This document shows, one piece after another, positions 1 to 13,905 of a stretch of 64,000 nucleotides of DNA. Origin of the DNA: Octopus sinensis (Eukaryota); contig NC_043011.1 in the NCBI RefSeq assembly GCF_006345805.1, positions 27,726,464 to 27,790,463 on the forward strand, written 5' to 3'. Made by a program: the position numbers and the translations under genes. Position 1 is the first letter of the stretch. Each line of letters begins with the position of its first letter. Under the pieces are notes generated by a model. That model had not been told where the DNA came from. It was given only the letters and a program-made list of their open reading frames with translations, and did not search any database.

Positions 1-412
1 TGCTGAAATTTCACATCTGTTGTTCTTTTATTATCCCTATCATGTTTAACACAGCAATTTGACTGTAGAATTTAACGGAATGTCAGTTGTTCAAAACCAG
101 TTGAATAGTTTAACTGTCCTCATTTAGATTTTCGAGAACTCTGCGGGCGAGTATTCCTGCAGTTTCAAGCAATAGTGTATTCTGTAGCTGCTCTATCTTT
201 ACACTTATCACTATCTTTTCCAACCAGTTCGTGAGCTTGGTACTTATATAGTAGAATAGCACAGCATTTAATTCTAGGTATGAACCCGAATTATCCGCAA
301 TAAATGAGACAATACCAAAGGTATCAACTAACAGCGTCAACAATAAGATGACGAGTACAGCTATAATTTACTCCACCATTCCACTACCGCCACCATTTTA
401 TCAAGAAACTTT

Positions 413-1568
413 ATGATAGAGGAAAACAAAAACATAAAGAACAGCAGCGTCAACAACTTAAACGGTAACGATATTTCCATTGTGAATAACAGGGATAACA
501 ATTGTAACGACATCATAGAGCTTTATAAGATGGATGTACTACAGAAGGATATGTGCCTGGCCCAAGCGCCCAAACTGATATCGCTGGAAAAATCGCGGTC
601 GGACATTGCCACACCCATCCCGTGGTGTTGGCAGAAACACATAAAAACCGTAATTTATAAATGTGTTTCTGTAAACACCAAGCGGCTGGAGTCAGCTAGA
701 CTGGCAGATGTGGTATGTACAGCACTGAAAGAGATTATGCTTGACTTTCAACATATCTCGAGAACCAGGACTGAAGCTGTTGCCGCCGGACAGTCCGTGG
801 TTCCCTGTTGGGGCAAAAAATATATGCTCCACCCATAGTATTTTGGAAGGAAGTCGGAGCGAATAACGATTTCAGGGACATTTCTGAAGCTAAATTTAAT
901 GTGGATTTTAGTGTATTGTTTTGGAGAGGAATAATAGCCTGCTGTATGTGAAGCGGACCCCTCATGAAAATTGGTCAGGGATCAATGTACAAGTGCTACT
1001 CCACATTAAATCAGATACGGTCTACAAGATCTCAGGCATTATTTGCTCCCTGGTCGAGAAGAGCTTCGTGTTAGGTTAAGGTTAGAAATCCACGGGGCCA
1101 CCTGCGTAGGGAGATAGGCCTCTTAAGAACTTTCTGTCCCCAACAGAAATCAGGGAACCATAAAACCGTGTTACTGCTAACACCGGGTCAACAAAAGCTT
1201 CAACAACTAAACCAGCAACGCTCAACAACAAAAACGGCAGCAACCTCAGCGGTGACAACTCCAACAACAACAGGAACACCAAAAGCAGCAAATGCTGGAA
1301 GAACACTAAAATCAACAGAAAGAGCAACAACAGCGACACCAGTAATAATAGCAGCACCAGCAGCCGTTCAAGAATTTGGACCTGAAGATCTCTATTTCCA
1401 GCGACTTCGAGGGCCACCCCCCAGTGGTGTCGGGCGTCAACGAAGAGTTCTCAACTACAACAAGGCGACCAAAGTTTTTTTTCCAAGGTCTAGGGTCTCC
1501 CGCACCTAAGCCCTAGACTATCACCTAATCACCCTTACCCGTCTTGTTGCTTAACAACAAATACAACG

Positions 1569-1604
<36 letters not shown>

Positions 1605-2660
1605 GCACCAGCAAGAGCAACGCCGGCAGCACCAACAACAACACCAACAGATGTACTACCACTTTCTTCAACAGCAAAATGAGTAATGACAACGGTCACA
1701 CTTAGGCTCTCTCCCAACTGAGCTCTCATCTCCCTCCCACTGAATGTAAATACGTACATAAACTCGAATCCCGATTCCATAGATACGGATACCTCTGCAT
1801 CACTCTATAAAAATCAGGGGGAATCCCAAAACCAAAGAAACCAAAACGAAAACACACACACAAAAAATAAAATAAAACATAATACACTACTCTAATATTT
1901 ACAGCAAAAAATACATAGAAAACATAACTACAAAGACAGAAACACACTTACAGTATCACCAACCTCTCAACCACTGCGATCATCAACACATTCACCGCTA
2001 TCACAAACAGCTCCACCAACAGTAACAACTCACAAGAGGAAAAGACGCACAACAGCAACGACCAACCATACAAGCATAATACATCGTGCTAGTGAGGAGG
2101 GTCAACAACGAATTGTTGGCCCACATAAGATGAAAGAAGGACAAGGAGAGAGATGGTGAGATCTTCGGCACCAGCACCATTCAACACTGATGATAGTGTG
2201 AATGCCTCTGGAAACAAGGTCACTAGCTATGGATGCAACGGCCGTCAGCGAAACAAGGATTTCCTTCACGCACAATCTTGCCCCTAGTTTTGAGGATTTT
2301 TGAGATCTACGCATCACTTAGACGGCCTGGAATGAGAGGCTGGTGGCAGCGCTGCATAGGAGAGACCTGGTTCTCGAGGAACTGAAGATTTTCTTGGACC
2401 CGTCGTAAGTTGGTGGTCTTGGATGTGAGCAATAGCGAAAGTGATACTTTTAGACTAGTCGCTGTGTATGTCCAAATGAGGAGGAGCAATCGGATTTCTT
2501 CAGACGTTTGGAGATTTCCTTGGGAGGATTTGCTCTTTAGTGCTAGTAGCTAACTGGAACACCATTTTCGATGCACGCTTGGAGAGGGTGGGGTTAGCCG
2601 ATAGGAGGGCGGATGTAAATGCCTCAACAACTTGTTCAGTGGCTTCCAATTGGCTTTTAG
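413..2660 (+). mobile_element. Degenerate Tx1/L1-clade LINE 5' remnant (ORF1-like region plus AP-endonuclease fragment)
   Basis: Frameshifted 2404-2660 reads RKLVVLDVSNSESDTFRLVAVYV / EEEQSDFFRRLEISL / VLVANWNTIFDARLERVG, matching L1-type APE motifs (xVYAP, decayed GDxN). Upstream are ORF 413-838, a decayed CCHC-knuckle-like stretch near 1098-1143 (TCV../REIGLLRTFCP) and Thr/Ala-rich ACA repeats. Confidence 0.55.
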
Positions 2661-2814
2661 GTTCCAAATGGGTTTCCCGTATCGATAGTCTATTGATAAT
2701 TGTTATTGTTTTTTGTTACTCCTTACACGCACTTTATGTAAACCACCACTGTCATTTGTGTTGTTTCGTCCTCTGCTTTTGTGTGTCGCCCTTGTAGCCA
2801 ATAAAAAGATCGTC

Positions 2815-2821
2815 ATCATCA

Positions 2822-2889
<68 letters not shown>

Positions 2890-2944
2890 CATTATTATTT
2901 TATTATTGCCATTATTATTAACTACATTATTACCATTATTAACT
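2815..2944. repeat. (ATT)n microsatellite
   Basis: Directly visible trinucleotide run. Confidence 0.95.
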
Positions 2945-3062
2945 CTAGGGATACAGGCATCCAGCAACAGGACCTCCGTAATGCCATGATGGACCGTGAA
3001 GTCTGGCGTAGCATAGTAAATTCCATTGTCCCGACCACGGTCGAACAATGATGATGATGATT
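2945..3062 (+). mobile_element. 3' end of RTE-clade LINE
   Basis: SRDTGIQQQDLRNAMMDREVWRSIVNSIVPTTVEQ* (A.DR..WR motif typical of RTE C-termini) followed by a (TGA)n tail. Confidence 0.7.
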
Positions 3063-5164
3063 AACTACGAGTTGTATGGGTACAAATCTTCTAGGCCCAG
3101 TTTGTTTCAGTGAAATTTAAATGATATTGTTAAACTTACAGTAAAACAATTTCATGTATCAGTAGCAAATTAAATCAAACATAATTTTAAAATGAACAGT
3201 TTTAATGAAATTATAAAAATGAATGATGTCTCTCTTGTTTTGTAGTAGTATTTCCTTACACATTGTGGTGTTATTTAACTTTCAAGCAACCACTACCTAA
3301 TATTTTCTTATTTTGGCAGAGGGGCAAAAAATTTGAGTGGACGGGATTAGACAATACCTTCAACCAACTACTTCACTGATCCTTTGATTTTTCGAGTGGG
3401 ATTTGATCTCTGAATATCAAGAGCCAGAAAGTTGCGGGGCCTTTTCCTGGTGCTCTAACAATTCTGCCATCTCGCCACTATAATCATACTTTAAAGACAA
3501 CTATAATGTACTATTATGGAACATGTGTGGCATACTTCGTTTCTTTAGTTCCTAGGTGTTTATCAAATCAGTGGTTGAGTAATGTAATTCTCGTTTGAGA
3601 AATGAAATTAGTGTTAATTCGTGAATAACTAGGAAATTCGTACATGAAATATGGAAGCTTTCTACATGAGTACTTATATCCACTTTTATTTGCAGGTGTG
3701 AAATGATGCGAGTACATGAAATGACTCGGATATTCAATATATGGAGGTAAAGTGTGAAATAATCGCCAACGATCTCTCAGGGGTTTTTAATGCATAGTGC
3801 CGAAAGGCAAAGAAGAAATGATAACGTTTTTCTTCATTCTTTAACAATTTCATAACGGCTAAAGGAAATTTGGCTCTCTGAAAATGTAGGAAAATAGCTC
3901 TAATATAATCTAAAATAAGTGGTGAGATCAACCAATACATAATGCAGAATGATATCTATGATAAGGAAGTTGTTTCAAATATAATGCGCGATTACATGGA
4001 TATCGTAAATCTCAATGGTTATGGAATAAGAACTTGTGAAATCGTTGAAATGAAACCTAGTTCTTGAAATAAAACTCAAATACTGGACAATGACACTGTA
4101 CATGATACAATTAATAGCACGCCCAAGGACAGAGAAAACAAATGATAAAACTCTCTTACCTTCTAATAAAATAAATATTAATAATCAAATCTCGAATGCT
4201 GTTAATGCAGAACACATATTTCTTGCTTCCTCTCGGGAGGTAAAATTAAACATACTAAGCAATGCATCAGCTATCTTCACCCTGTGGAATATTCAACATT
4301 CCATTATACCTCTTTTTTAGCGTAATTTTTCTCTCATAAATTTTTCGAAGTTGTAAGTCATTTTATTATGATAGTACAACTCACATTTTCTCCATTAATG
4401 AATTCGTTATTGATTATCTTCACTTCTCGCAAAATCTAGTTTCTTTTATTCAATTCAGTTCATCTTTCAGAACTGCGGTTCGACTGATTTCATTTGAATA
4501 AACTGAACGTCAACATTAAAGTATAGCTAAACTGAAATATTCCACTAATCAAGTAGAATTTAGAATCCATGTTTAATGACCGATGGCGTAAAGTAGGTAT
4601 ATCCTTGCAAAATTTAATTTCGCCTTTATTCTCCTTCAAACATTACACCGTCATATGTACTACTGATTTGAAGTAGCGTAGCCTGGTTTATACTCACGAT
4701 GTATAAAATCAATTACAAATATTAGTCACAACAAAAGTTAAACGGCTCCACTCCTCTGAAAGTAACGTGCAAGATGAACATCTTTAGTCAGCATGAAAGC
4801 AAATGCTGACTAAGCCGGAAGAAATTACGAGGGAAGCTTTCATTATGACAAGCGGATTAGGAATAAAAAATCCTTCTCTGATTCGCCGATGATCTTGTGG
4901 AGTTAACCTCAATTTCTAGATTAACTGAAGCACTGTGTATTATAGAGAATTCTAACCAGAGATACAGCGAATGCCAGAAGTTTGGTAGACCTCATCGCTG
5001 ATAGATTTGTATCCAATATCCTATCCTCTCTCTCTCTCTTAGCCTCTACGTTTTATATTATTATATTAATTTTTCTTACTAATTTCACTGCAATGTGACC
5101 ATGCTGTGAACATGATTTAGAGGATTACAGGTAAACATGTCTATTTTTTAAAACGATTAACTGC

Positions 5165-5570
5165 ACATGCCGTAGAAAATCCACATGTCCGCTCCTGAAC
5201 CAATGTGCTCAGAAAAAACATAGTATATAAATGCATAATCTCAACATAATTAAGTGTACATCGGTGCCACTGAAAGCCAATTCAAAGTCCGTTATCGAAA
5301 CTACATCTCGTCATTCCGAAAAATAGATAGAAGGCACACAACCTCACTGGCAGACCTCATATGGGGACCGAAAGAATAAAAAATTAAATACCAAATAGAA
5401 TGGTAAAAAACAATAGTAAAAATCGCACATCCTTGTACTTCACTATCCGGCAAATGTGACCGTTGCCTTGAGGAAGCACTGAGTATTCTGCTGAGTAATG
5501 AAAATCTTGTGAATAAACATGAGAACATTCCAAGATGTAACCATCGTGCCAAATATACATTTTCCAGAAG
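5165..5570 (+). mobile_element. Penelope-like element GIY-YIG endonuclease fragment (decayed)
   Basis: Manual translation gives TCPLLNQC.., YIGATESQFKVRYRNYISSFR..TTSLADLIW..KIKYQIEW..CDRCLEEALSIL..LVNK..RCNHRAKY, with stops and frameshifts. Confidence 0.8.
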
Positions 5571-6506
5571 GATCGGTTTATAAATTATAATTATTATTCC
5601 ATCTCACGAATCCTATTTCTTACCGCCTTCACGTATGTATAGGAGTGTGCATTTTTGATGGAGCGGTTAACGATATAACTATATAGATATAACTATGTAC
5701 ACGTAAATGAGGAGATAAATGTATAAGCGTCTATCTATAGATGTGAATGTGTTTATTGATATGTAGGTGATTATATGTACGCGTGTGTACATCTGAAAAA
5801 ATGTACATACATTTTTATATATGCATGTATGTCTGTAAGCGTCTGCGTATGAGTGTATGAGTGTATGTGTGTATGTATGGAAACACTCAGTGATGTAGAG
5901 TATATCGGTGTGTAAGTGATTGTATAAGTATGAGCTAATGGATAAATGTATTTTGCGTAATGGTACATGTTTGGCATGTGCAGAATAACATGTTGAAACT
6001 GAATAAATAAACAGACAACGTGCACATTGCATCTCATGTCGAACGTGATGACACATACCGAGCGAAGTGACACCATCAGCGTTTGTTAGATTAAAAAACA
6101 GAAGCCATGGATATTGTAGCATGGAAACCTAGATTTACTTACGGAGGCAGTAACTTAGTATCGCCTGAGGAGATATATATATATATAGATCTGCTTATAT
6201 AGGTAAATCGTTACATAATCTATATTTAAACTTAACTTTAAATCCTGTATATACGTGGACCTGTATGTATCGCAACATTGTAGTGATTAAAAAGCTGCCT
6301 AAACATACATACTCTTCCTTTTGACTCATCTACATTTTACTTTTTATTTTCACACAGAAGGAATACCTAAGACTAGAATAAGTAGCATACCATCAGAATA
6401 CTACCGGGTATTTGGGAATTCTAAAGGTGAACGAGATCTATTTGTACTCTTATACGTTCTTAACAGAACACCCTAATATATATATATATATACAGAACAT
6501 CCTAAC

Positions 6507-6568
<62 letters not shown>

Positions 6569-6580
6569 TTGTATAATATA

Positions 6581-6996
6581 CTCTTTTACTCTTTTACTCT
6601 TTTACTTGTTTCAGTCATTTGACTGCGGCCATGCTGGTGCACCGCCTTTAGTCGAGCAATTCGACCCTGGGACTTATTCTTTGTAAGCCCAGTACTTATT
6701 CTATCGGTCTCTTTTGCCGAACCACTAAGTAACGGGGACGTAAACACACCAGCATCGGTTGTCAAGCGATGTTGGGGGGGGGGACAAACACAGACACACA
6801 AACACGTACACACATATATATATATACATATATACGACAGGCTTCTTTCAGTTTCCGTCTACCAAATCAACTCACAAGGCATTGGTCGGCCTGGGGCTAT
6901 AGTAGAAGACACCTGCCCAAGATGCCACGCAGTGGTATTGAACCCGGAACCATGTGGTTGGGTAGCAAGCTACTTACCACACAGCCACTCCTGCGC

Positions 6997-6998
<2 letters not shown>
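6581..6998 (-). mobile_element. tRNA-headed SINE, family A (abundant, young)
   Basis: Reverse complement starts AGGCGCAGGAGTGGCTGTGTGGTAAG..GGTTCAATACC (A/B-box like) and ends in a (GTAAAAGA)n tail; highly similar to copies at 43807, 53367 and 63083. Confidence 0.9.
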
Positions 6999-7057
<59 letters not shown>

Positions 7058-7089
7058 CTTATATATATATATATACATACATATATCTT

Positions 7090-7136
<47 letters not shown>

Positions 7137-7425
7137 TTGTATATATGTATATGTCTGTATACATATATATATATTATATATATATATATTCTTATATATA
7201 TATATACATACATATATCTTTGTATATATATATATATATTTGTAAATATGTATATGTCTGTATACATCTGTATATATGTATGTATATGTATATATATGTA
7301 CATATATATGTAAATATATATATATATAAGTGTCTATATGTATATATATATGTATGTATATATGTATATATGTGTGTATATATATATGTATATATACATA
7401 TATGTGTGTGTGTATATACATATTC

Positions 7426-7462
<37 letters not shown>
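6999..7462. repeat. Compound (TA)n/(TATG)n microsatellite
   Basis: Directly visible; source of several spurious YI-rich ORFs. Confidence 0.95.
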
Positions 7463-7463
<1 letters not shown>

Positions 7464-7540
7464 AGAAGTCAAATACGAAAACGAAGATAATTAATTAACA
7501 AATATCAACCTGTAAACATCAATTTGATGTATTAATTAAA

Positions 7541-7935
7541 TACGCGGGTGAGTAGAAAAGTAATGCCATTTTGTTTAGGACAGTACGAACACAGGAACAT
7601 GTGTCATGCATCAAAATGATGCTGGTGCTCTCTGGATCGCATCCCTACTGCTCATCACAGTCGCTATTTCTCTCAATAGCATTGTTCCACCTTCAAATGA
7701 AAACATGTATCCCTGCCCCGTAAAATTCTGTTGACTGTTCTTTGAGCCACTTCACTACAGTTTTCACTTCCTTGTCACTGTAATAATTTAGCGCCTTTAG
7801 ACTATCATCTCTTCGGCCCCATGAAAGAGGGTTTGAGAGGCAGACGTTATTCCAGTGACAAGGAAATGAAAACTGTAGTGAATAATTGGCTCAAAGAACA
7901 GTCAACAGAATTTTACGGGGCAGGGATACATGCTC
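7541..7935 (+). mobile_element. Mariner-derived non-autonomous fold-back remnant
   Basis: TIR-like TACGCGGGTGAGTAGAAAAGTAATGCC at 7541. 7790-7935 encodes LAPLDYHLFGPMKEGLRGRRYSSDKEMKTVVNNWLKEQSTEFYGAGIHAL (mariner C-terminus). 7704-7786 is an inverted copy of 7847-7932. Confidence 0.8.
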
Positions 7936-8055
7936 TCAACACTGATAATAATAATAGAAATAAGAATTTATAAAGTCTAGAAGTACACGGGGATATAATA
8001 GGGATAAAATAAATACTATAAGAAATCCCAAATAGGTACCCGTTGTCATCTCCAC

Positions 8056-8086
<31 letters not shown>

Positions 8087-8099
8087 AATAATAATAATA

Positions 8100-8147
<48 letters not shown>

Positions 8148-8149
<2 letters not shown>

Positions 8150-8703
8150 GCCCTGATGCAGTACCAGGCAGTGGCTCTCATGGCTTCTGATCTTAACTGA
8201 TTGGAAGTGTTATCATGTACATTGTTTTGTCTTGGTATAAAAGATGGGCCACAGTAAATATTCTGCTCAATACCACAGATTTGCTTGTCAGTTGTTTGAC
8301 CTTAACCAGTTGAGCATGTCCCTTAGTGGCTGACGATATGTGCATCTCTGATCACGAGCAGAAGTAGTGGGGGAGCATCGTAGCCATGTGTTGAGAGGGA
8401 TTCTTTGGGGTTTGAATAATTCACCTCTGGAAACATGGGTGGTTCTTTCAACATCCTTAAACAACCCTTATTCAGAGACCTTTTGAGCGGGATGGGCTAC
8501 TCAACGTGAAGAAAATTCTAACTGGGCCCCACCTGCAAGGTCATGTGCTGTTTATCTTGATATGAGATCACCATGTCGCGCACATATGGTTGTGATGCAT
8601 GTGCCTGGTGTACCCTTATCAGACGGGTAGTCATGATGGGTATATTGGGCTTCGTATATTTTACCCCAGTGTCACTTTGATGGCATGCACTGCTCTCTCA
8701 CTC
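8148..8703 (+). mobile_element. ~555-bp non-coding interspersed repeat inserted in (AAT)n
   Basis: Flanked by (AAT)n on both sides; near-identical reverse copy at 33662-34194 and a diverged copy at 60259-60590. Strand is arbitrary. Confidence 0.85.
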
Positions 8704-8849
8704 AATAATAATAATAATAATATAGACATAATTGCTGATGTGAGTAATGCAACTACCAATGACTAGTATTGTAACCGTTTTTTCGATTTCAACCTGTAAA
8801 CCTTTGTTTTCTGAGCTTATCAAATTCTTTGCCGAGATATTTTAACCCC

Positions 8850-9135
8850 AAGATATGCTCATATTAATCAATAAACAAATTTTATTGCTTTATTCTTTAT
8901 CTGGTTTATTAGCTTTGATAGTCCGGTCTGTATGTACTGGAAAGTCCTAAAGAATCGTTCCATTTTCTCCCTCAGGTTACAGCCTCAGGGTAGTGCTTGA
9001 ACCATTTGTGAGCAGTTTTGGTTTTATAAAGCCGACATATTAACCATTGTAGATATTAGCCAACTTTGTCATGTCTTGATTTATATTCTACAGGTGCTAA
9101 AACCTTACACTCGGAAATTAGGTGGTCCATCACCA
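8850..9135 (-). mobile_element. R4/Dong-like LINE fragment (CCHC / RLE region)
   Basis: MDHLISECKVLAPVEYKSRHDKVG..LQWLICRLY..KWFKHYPEAVT then frameshifted DFPVHTDRTIKANKPD, typical of RLE-type non-LTR elements. Confidence 0.75.
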
Positions 9136-9469
9136 CCATTACTATTTTTGGTTTGATTATTACAACTAGTATTAGTACCATTATTGTCATTGGCATTATC
9201 ATTGCTGCAACAACCATTCGTACTACGTCGATATAAGCTATCACAGCTGTTATCTACAGTATTAATAATCTCGCTAAAACTATCACTGCTAACGTTATCA
9301 GTACACCTCCTACCACCACTGCTATCATTATAGTTAACGTTAAGTTGGTTACTATTATCACTACCATTTTCGTAATACTCACCGCTAATGTTTGGGCTGT
9401 TCTATTCCGATCTTCACTTTCGCTTCCCATTAGCATTTTCATCTATTCCGCTCATAGTTTTGGGCTAAG

Positions 9470-10140
9470 CTAATATTCGTTTTCTTTAATACTAGCTATA
9501 ATTGCTCCAATGTTAGGAGGAAGACAGCATAAGATTCTTATTTTTCTTTTATCAAATAAACGGTGGTACTTATTAGATGGGGAAAATATGCTCTCTAACG
9601 AACTACACAGTTCTACAGAAAGCTTACTAGCCGTAGCCTAATTCTAAGATGGGTCATAGAAAATTACGTCTTGTTTATGCAATAAATGTCATTTTATTAT
9701 CTTATGGTATATATCTTCATAATTTCCATTATGATGAATCGTATGATTTCTATTCCTATTAATACAATTGCCAATACTTTTGGTAGAGTCATTTAAATTA
9801 TGACGAGCTCCATCCCTATCCCTTCCGTTACTCGTAGCAGTTACATTGCAAGACTTAATGATCCTTTTAGTCCTATTACTGTGGTGGGTATTTGCTGTGG
9901 ATATATTAGCGTTATGATTAGCTTGAATTTTCCATTCATTTTAATTTTTCCCTTCAGTATGATAGTAGTCGATTTGTCGAGTTTTAATATTATTAGCAAT
10001 TACTCTCCACTAGTGAACATGTCACCACAGTAATTAGCTTGATATTCGCTATTTCCATCCGCGTAAACATTTATTCTATTATTACAGTTATCACTCTGGC
10101 TAATCAACCCACTATTAAGAATATTTTATTTATACTTATA
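9470..10140 (-). mobile_element. Penelope-like element fragment (thumb/linker region)
   Basis: Frameshifted motifs NILNSG, FSPSNKYHRLFDKR / ISY / CLPPNIGAIIASIN resemble the PLE FP..HKLHKIFNRN..KISYSC.PN block. Confidence 0.55.
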
Positions 10141-10196
10141 TTATATTTATATTAATTTATAATTTCATTTTTAATTTTGTGATTATCTTTAATTAT

Positions 10197-10197
10197 A

Positions 10198-10258
<61 letters not shown>

Positions 10259-10580
10259 GCTGTTGTTGAGATCCCCTTTGGTCATGGCTGACCGTGGCAC
10301 CTAGAAAGTTACCCTCCGAGGCACAAGCCCGGGCAAGGTTGTTTTTTAAGGAAGACCAGCAGTCGCCCATGCATACTGGCCTCCCCCCACCACACCATTG
10401 ATGTTATCCAAGGGAAAAGCAGATACAGTTTGGCACCGGTGACATCGCAACTCATTTCTATAGCTGAGTGAACTGGAGCAACGTGAAATAAGCTGTCTTG
10501 CTCAAGAACACAACACGCAGCCCGGTCTGGGATTCGAACTCACAACCTCACGATCGCAACCACTGAGCCATGCGCCTTCA

Positions 10581-10582
<2 letters not shown>
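10197..10582 (-). mobile_element. tRNA-headed SINE, family B, with (AAC)n tail
   Basis: Reverse complement GTGAAGGCGCATGGCTCAGTGG..GAGTTCGAATCC (A/B boxes), central TGTTCTTGAGCAAGAC..TTGCTCCAG block, (CAA)n tail at 10197-10268. Confidence 0.85.
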
Positions 10583-10625
<43 letters not shown>

Positions 10626-10981
10626 ATATATAGATATATATATATATATATAAACACAAGCAAACACACACATATACGCACACGCACACATACACTCACG
10701 TATATGATAAAGGGTGAATGGATAGAAATTACATGAACAAAACAGTAAAACAAAAAATGTATTAATGATACCCTTGTAATGTTGGGGAGCCATTGTCATG
10801 CTGAAAATGTAATTAAATAAACTAGGAGAAACACCTCCGTCCTGGTTGTTTTCTTCATGTTTATGTACCGCACGCATATATGTCAACTTTGTAATATATA
10901 GAACTCTAATTTGAATGAAAACTCAGGTACTGGTCCAGAGTATCATGGACGTGTCACTGTTGAGGTGGTGCTTTATACACC

Positions 10982-11119
10982 GGCTTAGATAACAAAACCG
11001 CAATCCAGTGGCATGAGTTTTGTCGAGAAGTGTGTTCGGAGAAGATGCTTCAAGGCAACGCTCCACTCAGTGGTCCGGGTCATGAAGTAGAAATAGATGA
11101 GCGTTTACTCTTCAAAAGA
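10982..11119 (+). mobile_element. Merlin (IS1595-like) transposase fragment
   Basis: Open frame GLDNKTAIQWHEFCREVCSEKMLQGNAPLSGPGHEVEIDERLLFKR matches the Merlin W..FCREVC...GG.G..VEIDES..KR signature containing the first catalytic Asp. Confidence 0.7.
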
Positions 11120-12084
11120 TTTTTCCAGTTGATTGACTGACTGATTAACTGTGATTGATAGAATGTCGAATAATAGCTGTTTTTGATTTAGGCACATGTC
11201 CACGACATTTCTGGGAAAACAGTCATTACTATACGCTCCAATACTTCACAAGTACTTTATTCTATCGATCCTGAATGAACAAACGTAAAATTTACCCCCG
11301 CAAGATTTGAACGCAAAACGTAAAATGTCTGAAGATACATCGGAAAGAACTTTTTCCAAGAATTCGTAGGTGTCTGTTTTTATAGGCCATATGCTACCCA
11401 ACAAAGGTTAGAAGCAAGACATTTTCTAAATTTTTAAGAAAGATCGAAATTTGTAAAACGATAAAATATGTAAAGGAAACGAAAAACAACGAAATTAGTG
11501 AGATAACTTTTGCACACATATAAAAGTAAAAATCGAAACCGATAAATAATGATATAACTTTCAAAGTTTATGCGAAAAATTAGCCGTTATAAAATAGTCA
11601 AATATTAAAGTACTTTCCTTTGCTCACCTTGCTATATATTTGAACAACATTTTTCTGACCAGATTTAAAATGATAATAGCAATAACAACATTGTCATGAC
11701 AACGAAAGTTAACGCTAGTTAGACTGGTGGGCATAACAAAGAAACGATAAAGAAGTTTAAGACAGAAACAATAATTTATAAAGGAAATGATTACAGTGAA
11801 TGACAAAATATAACGAGAGAGAACTGTATATTTTGAGGAAAGAAAGAATTTAGAATCTACAATAAAAGTGACATTTAATTAAGGTATATTGAAATTGGAA
11901 TGTTAAAGATTTTACAATCATCTTAAAACGATCCGAAATATCTTTTATAGTTTTGTTTACGCACACACACACACACACACATACAAACATACATACATAT
12001 ATAAGACCATATAGGTGTGTTTGTATATACATATATGCATATATATACATATGTATATATACACATACATATATGTGTATATAT

Positions 12085-12180
<96 letters not shown>

Positions 12181-12392
12181 GTGTGTGTGTGTGTATGTAT
12201 ATATATGCGAAGTTGTATATCTTCAATAAATTTGAAGATTGTAAGATCGAATTATAAAACTGTTTCGATGCCATTAAAAAATATAAAGCCGTAAATATTT
12301 AGACGAATATTGATTTCATTTATGTAGTCATGGACCAATACTACTAAGTCGATTAAATTGGTTATAACATAAAGAACAATACAATATCATAT

Positions 12393-12521
<129 letters not shown>

Positions 12522-13905
12522 TGTATGTATGTATGTATGTATAAATGATTGTATACTAGTATACTCGCGTATATTTTATTGATACTGGAAATATAAAAAG
12601 TAAAGTCAGTTACGCAGACTATACTCGTTAACATACTTTGCCAGGCATTCCACAATTTCCAACACACCACCGCTGCATTTATAATATTACAAATGAATTG
12701 AACCAACAAGGGCACCTGCACCTTGTTTCTGCATCTCTCTTGCTAAAATAATCATCTAATTTTCTTTTAAATGGAACTGTATAAATTTTATAGCCAATGT
12801 TAACAAAATTGTTGTCCTAGAGACTTCTAAAAGACTGGGATGTGAGTGATGGAACGCATTTGATTACTGTGGATTGTTTGATCAGAGAAGGCCGTGGTGC
12901 AAGCAATAATAATTATCAATAAAGTTCTGTGTAGTAACGATACACGTTCTAACTATTGTAGCGATAAAACATTACCTACTTAATGCACGAGTTGAAATAC
13001 TTTGGCGTGTTCCCTTCTCACTGACAAAAATTGTCTGAAGAGGTTCTCATGCTCAGTATGTTAACAACAGACAGAAAAATCATATGAAACTGTGCCAATA
13101 TGTTCACGTTTTTTCTATGCACATAACGATATAGATCTAAACAGCCATTCTTTTTAAGAGCAGGAAATCAGTCTACGTTTGATTATGACTAAAAATAAGA
13201 CTATATAAATTAAACAAAAGAGGCGAAAAATTGAAAGATCCTGTTCTCAATCTCCAGAAGGAGAATGAATAGGAAACTGGTTATAATAAATGGATATAAC
13301 AGAGAAAACTTCAGTAAAAAATATAGCAAGATATAATGATGGAAAAGAGAAATATTAAAACAAAATGAGAGAAAGTAGAAAAAAAGTATAAAAATATCAA
13401 GAAGAGGAGACTATACTGATAGAAAATTGAATTGTGTAACATATTCTCTTGTCTCATTTGTTATATAATTACGTTATACACTGTGATGATTATACACCAA
13501 AAACAACGCAAAGAAATGTAAAGGATGGCTCTTTTGTTGGACACGTACAAAGCAGAGTATGATATTGGGTGTGATTGTTCGTTTCCATTTTTAAACATGA
13601 TTAATGCACAAGTAAAATGGCTACGAATGTCTGAAAATATATTTTCCCTTCTTCGATGCGTTTGATCTCTAGCAGAGTCGTATTTGAATCAACGCTGGCT
13701 ACTCGATGAAATTTTATAGATATTTTATCCTTATATTTTATTTACAAATATTGAACCGCTATATATTATACACAGGTGGCGAGATTAACTAGGCAGGGAC
13801 CCCTTTAAATTGGTTTTATAAATATAAACATTTGTATATGCTCTTCTGGATGTGTTGTGTTCGTTTGATATGTACAAATGTTTATATATTATTTTCCCGG
13901 TTATG

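Noticed and set aside
2180-2225. CTGATGA...GAAA..GTC within the Tx1-like remnant
   Set aside because: Stems I and III do not pair.
4860-4960. FADDLV RT-like motif
   Set aside because: Isolated hexapeptide with no supporting flanking motifs.
6095-6140. CAGAAGC-CATG..CATG-GAAA-CCTAGA-TT downstream of the 5.2-kb PLE fragment
   Set aside because: Two core substitutions, a broken palindrome and no stem I.
6974-7472. Long YI/IY/HT/CV-rich ORFs here and at 11.9-12.7, 39.1-40.1, 46.5-46.9 and 50.3-52.3 kb
   Set aside because: Translations of (TA)n/(CA)n/(TATG)n microsatellites that lack stops in some frames.
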